Below, one piece after another: positions 36,530 through 38,973 of a stretch of 38,973 nt of DNA. The position numbers and the translations under genes were made by a program. The stretch lies in IMG/VR virus record IMGVR_UViG_3300027586_000017, positions 1 to 38,973 of that record; one strand, given 5' to 3'. The stretch's first letter is position 1. The number at the start of each line of letters is the position of its first letter. Under the pieces are notes generated by a model. That model saw only the letters and a program-made list of their open reading frames with translations. It was not told the DNA's origin and ran no database searches. The DNA is from a virus (Duplodnaviria > Caudoviricetes).

Positions 36530-36616
36530 TGTGACATAAATCACACCCGCAAGCGTCTCAAATAGTGAGAAATCTAGGAAAGGGATTTGGAAAATGTCAG
36601 TAGGAAATGTTATACT
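36530..36616 (+). promoter_or_regulatory. Early control region 5
   Basis: TGTGA-CATAAA-TCACA at 36530; TCTCA-N5-TGAGA palindrome; TGTCAG-N10-TATACT (36595-36616). Confidence 0.8.
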
Positions 36617-36650
36617 TAATACATACAACAAACTAAAAAGGAGAAACACA

Positions 36651-36815
36651 ATGTCAGTAGCAACCGCAACATACAAAGTAGGCGACACATACACAACACA
36701 GAAGTCAAAGGTCACAGGAGTAATCAAGGAGATTACACCACAGGCAAATGGTAATGTGCGAGTAGCCCTAGATGTAAATGGCACAACACGCTATACAACT
36801 TGGACAGCAAAGTAA
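36651..36815 (+). CDS. 54-aa small beta-barrel-like protein
   Basis: ATG 36651 after AAGGAG; YKVGD...TGVIKEI pattern. Confidence 0.7.
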   Translation: MSVATATYKVGDTYTTQKSKVTGVIKEITPQANGNVRVALDVNGTTRYTTWTAK

Positions 36816-36825
36816 TCTAATTACT

Positions 36826-36853
36826 TATTCCTGAGCAAGAAGTAAAACTGCTC
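36826..36853 (+). ncRNA. 28-nt pseudoknot motif, copy 2
   Basis: TATTC-CT-GAGCA-A-GAAGT-AAAAC-TGCTC. Confidence 0.5.
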
Positions 36854-36899
36854 AACACACCCCCTAACAATTAAACCACCAAAGAAAAGAGATAAACAG

Positions 36900-37322
36900 A
36901 TGGCAAGACAAAAAGCAATCTCAGTAAAGATAGCAACACCAAAAGTAATCAAGGCACTAGAGTCAGCACTTGCTACGCTAGAAGTAAATTGGACTTCACA
37001 AGAAGCCAACGAAGCAAAGTACGAGAAGGCTCGCAAGGCTTGGCAAAAGGAAGTTATTGACTATGCCGTAGCAAACATCAAGAAGGCAGAAAACTTCCGC
37101 ACTAACTATCGTCACTACAATAACAATCTTAACATTGACTTTGACTTGACAGTAACAGAAAAAGATTTGCCTAAAGAGCCTGAGAAGGACTACGAGACTC
37201 TCCATCAGCACAGTTATCGTGAGCAGAAGCAAGAAATCTCAAACGCAATCCGTATTCTGAAAATGACAGATGAGGAAACAGTTAATACTTCAACCTACAA
37301 TGCGGTTGCACAGTATCTATAA
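36900..37322 (+). CDS. Hypothetical helical protein
   Basis: ORF track, 140 aa; co-oriented with the early genes. Confidence 0.8.
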   Translation: MARQKAISVKIATPKVIKALESALATLEVNWTSQEANEAKYEKARKAWQKEVIDYAVANIKKAENFRTNYRHYNNNLNIDFDLTVTEKDLPKEPEKDYETLHQHSYREQKQEISNAIRILKMTDEETVNTSTYNAVAQYL

Positions 37323-37427
37323 ATGAAATTGGGGGAGGCGTAAAAACCTCCCTCAACTTTCGCCAGGCTGATTAGGGCGATAACATAAATACTATAGAGC
37401 AAGGTTCCTGCAGACCTAAAGAAGCAG

Positions 37428-37455
37428 ACATCCTGAGCATGATCCAAAAAGGCTC
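37428..37455 (+). ncRNA. 28-nt pseudoknot motif, copy 3 (directly preceded by a second pseudoknot at 37402-37427)
   Basis: ACATC-CT-GAGCA-T-GATCC-AAAAA-GGCTC. Confidence 0.5.
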
Positions 37456-37468
37456 CCCGCAAGGGTCC

Positions 37469-37498
37469 TTGACAATTGTCAGTGGTGCCCTGTATACT
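37469..37498 (+). promoter_or_regulatory. Early promoter with both TTGACA and TGTCAG elements
   Basis: TTGACA (37469), TGTCAG (37477), TATACT (37493). Confidence 0.8.
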
Positions 37499-37530
37499 TA
37501 AATTAAACCAACTAACAGAAAGAGGCCCCC

Positions 37531-37959
37531 ATGGACCAACCAATTACAGTAACAACAGATACACACTACATGACACGAGAATTCCTTGAGTCACAACTAG
37601 TACAAAACAAAGCACGTATTGACCAACTAGAAGAACACATTCAAAAAGTAACACAACGTTCATATGCAGATTCTGCAGATAAGAATCGTATGGTTGAACA
37701 AATGCAAGAGTGGACCCTAAGTGCACTTGAAACAGGAACTATCAATGAAACAGAAGCAGAAGAAATTGCTGAGATTTGCGGATTTGAACTAACAAAAGAA
37801 TTTGAATTGGAAGTTACAGTTCTTTATTCAGTTACCGTTAATGCTCGTGATGAAGAGTCTGCACAGAATGTAATTCACGATATTGATTTTGATACCGTTC
37901 AATATAACTCAGATAATATTTCTTGGTTATCATCCAGTGTTGACCGCATAGATATTTAG
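37531..37959 (+). CDS. Acidic hypothetical protein
   Basis: ORF track; GAGG SD. Confidence 0.8.
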   Translation: MDQPITVTTDTHYMTREFLESQLVQNKARIDQLEEHIQKVTQRSYADSADKNRMVEQMQEWTLSALETGTINETEAEEIAEICGFELTKEFELEVTVLYSVTVNARDEESAQNVIHDIDFDTVQYNSDNISWLSSSVDRIDI

Positions 37960-38015
37960 TAGGGGGCTACTAATAAAACTGGCCAACGTACAGCCAGTAT
38001 AAATAAGTGGCGAAA

Positions 38016-38043
38016 CATCCTAAGCACGATGTAAAACTGCTTT
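38016..38043 (+). ncRNA. 28-nt pseudoknot motif, copy 4
   Basis: Near 38015-38042: ACATC-CT-AAGCA-C-GATGT-AAAAC-TGCTT; both stems are 5 bp and a T tract follows. Confidence 0.55.
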
Positions 38044-38055
38044 TTTAATTTCCTT

Positions 38056-38186
38056 AAAATTTTTTCGACACGGCTGACCAGTCAATGTCAAGTTACGAGC
38101 ATGTGTTTAAGATCACAGGGAAAATGTCCGAATTGCCCCATGTCTAACTATACCGATTTGCATTTGTCAGCCCTGCCATGTATACT
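38056..38186 (+). promoter_or_regulatory. Early control region 6
   Basis: AAAATTTTTTCGACACG; TGTGT-N6-TCACA at 38102; AATGTCCGAATTG at 38123; TGTCAG-N10-TATACT (38165-38186). Confidence 0.8.
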
Positions 38187-38217
38187 TAGATTAACTACAA
38201 AAGAAAGAAGAAAACTC

Positions 38218-38973
38218 ATGGCACATGACCTAGAAACACAAAACGGAAAAGCATCATTCGCATCTTTCCGTGAACCCGCTTGGCATGGATTGGGTACCGT
38301 ATTCACAGAAGAAAAAACCACAAAAGAAATGTTAGACCTAGCAAGTCTATCTAACTGGAATGTTCGTCTGGAAGATTTGGAAACCCCATCACACTTAACA
38401 AGTGACAAAAATTATCAGTACGTCTTGCGTACTAACCCAACAGATACAACACAGACAGACATTCTTGGTGTCGTTGGTGAGCGTTATCATGTAATGCAGA
38501 ATGAAGACTTATTCTCATTCGGTGATAACATTCTAGACGGTGGAGGACGTTGGGAAACCGCTGGCTCAATCAAGGGTGGACGTGTTGTGTTCGGTGCATT
38601 GGCACTAGAACGTGAAACAGTCCTAGACCCTAACGGTGTTGCAGATAAGGTAAAGACTTATTTACTTATTAACACATCACATGACGGCTCAATCGCTATT
38701 CAAGCAAGCATCACACCTGTTCGTGTTGTGTGCGCTAACACTCTCAATCTTGCTCTTGGTTCAATCAAGAAAAAGAATGGTGTTAAGCAATCATTCAAGA
38801 TTCGTCACACACAGACCGCACAAGGTAAGATTCAAGTTGCTCGTGAGACTCTTGGTCTTGCACATAAGTACATGGATTCATTTGACATCATGGCAAAGGC
38901 TATGATTGAAAAAGAAGTCAATGCTAAGCAATTCAACGACATCATTCTTGCTGCATACCCTAAGCCAGAAAAA
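38218..38973 (+). CDS. DUF932 / TIGR03299-like phage-plasmid protein; 3' end runs off the window
   Basis: Not in the track: MAHDLE...REPAWHGLG...LGVVGERY..MQNE.LF...WETAGSIKGGRVVF...YLL..TSHDGS...TPVRVVCANTL. Confidence 0.88.
   Translation, partial: MAHDLETQNGKASFASFREPAWHGLGTVFTEEKTTKEMLDLASLSNWNVRLEDLETPSHLTSDKNYQYVLRTNPTDTTQTDILGVVGERYHVMQNEDLFSFGDNILDGGGRWETAGSIKGGRVVFGALALERETVLDPNGVADKVKTYLLINTSHDGSIAIQASITPVRVVCANTLNLALGSIKKKNGVKQSFKIRHTQTAQGKIQVARETLGLAHKYMDSFDIMAKAMIEKEVNAKQFNDIILAAYPKPEK

Noticed and set aside
36248-36784. 178-aa minus-strand ORF
   Set aside because: It is antisense to supported + strand genes and spans a regulatory block.
37978-38012. ACTGGC/GCCAGT hairpin with an A-rich tail as another pseudoknot
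   Set aside because: The loop-tail pairing (CAAC with GTGG) is mismatched; only the hairpin is supported.
1-38973. tRNA, rRNA, intron, intein, integrase or transposase
   Set aside because: No cloverleaf or T-loop signatures and no mobile-element motifs were noticed by eye; NrdJ and the portal are uninterrupted. tRNAscan-SE and HMM searches would be needed to exclude these formally.

Overview
This AT-rich window is a segment of a large tailed dsDNA phage (Caudoviricetes). The host is probably a freshwater actinobacterium; that is an inference from the many leaderless TAnnnT promoters, the monomeric class II RNR, and the GP88-like and DUF932 genes. Bases 1-28209 are a mostly minus-strand late region. 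It holds a prohead protease, the portal, a 1214-aa virion protein, nrdJ, a block of six 2OG-Fe(II) oxygenases plus an SDR and two DUF6065-like genes, tail fibre/baseplate genes and a lytic transglycosylase. Bases ~27.2-30.8 kb add a glycosyltransferase, a methyltransferase and a sulfotransferase. From ~31.4 kb, short early genes diverge and are separated by modular intergenic blocks. The main observations are: (1) these blocks are mosaics of host-type operator motifs (CRP boxes, DnaA boxes, GACAC palindromes, an AAA..TTTCGAC motif) ahead of a promoter with fixed geometry, TGTCAG-N10-TAnnnT (8 copies); (2) a 28-nt covarying H-type pseudoknot recurs 4 times after early genes, plus one ToxI-like pseudoknot; (3) two different FN3 proteins share a 170-bp near-identical Cys-rich tip behind a (PFFP)n linker, and one copy heads the prolyl-hydroxylase-like cluster. 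No tRNA, rRNA, CRISPR array or mobile element was seen. All family assignments come from motif recognition by eye; no database searches were run.
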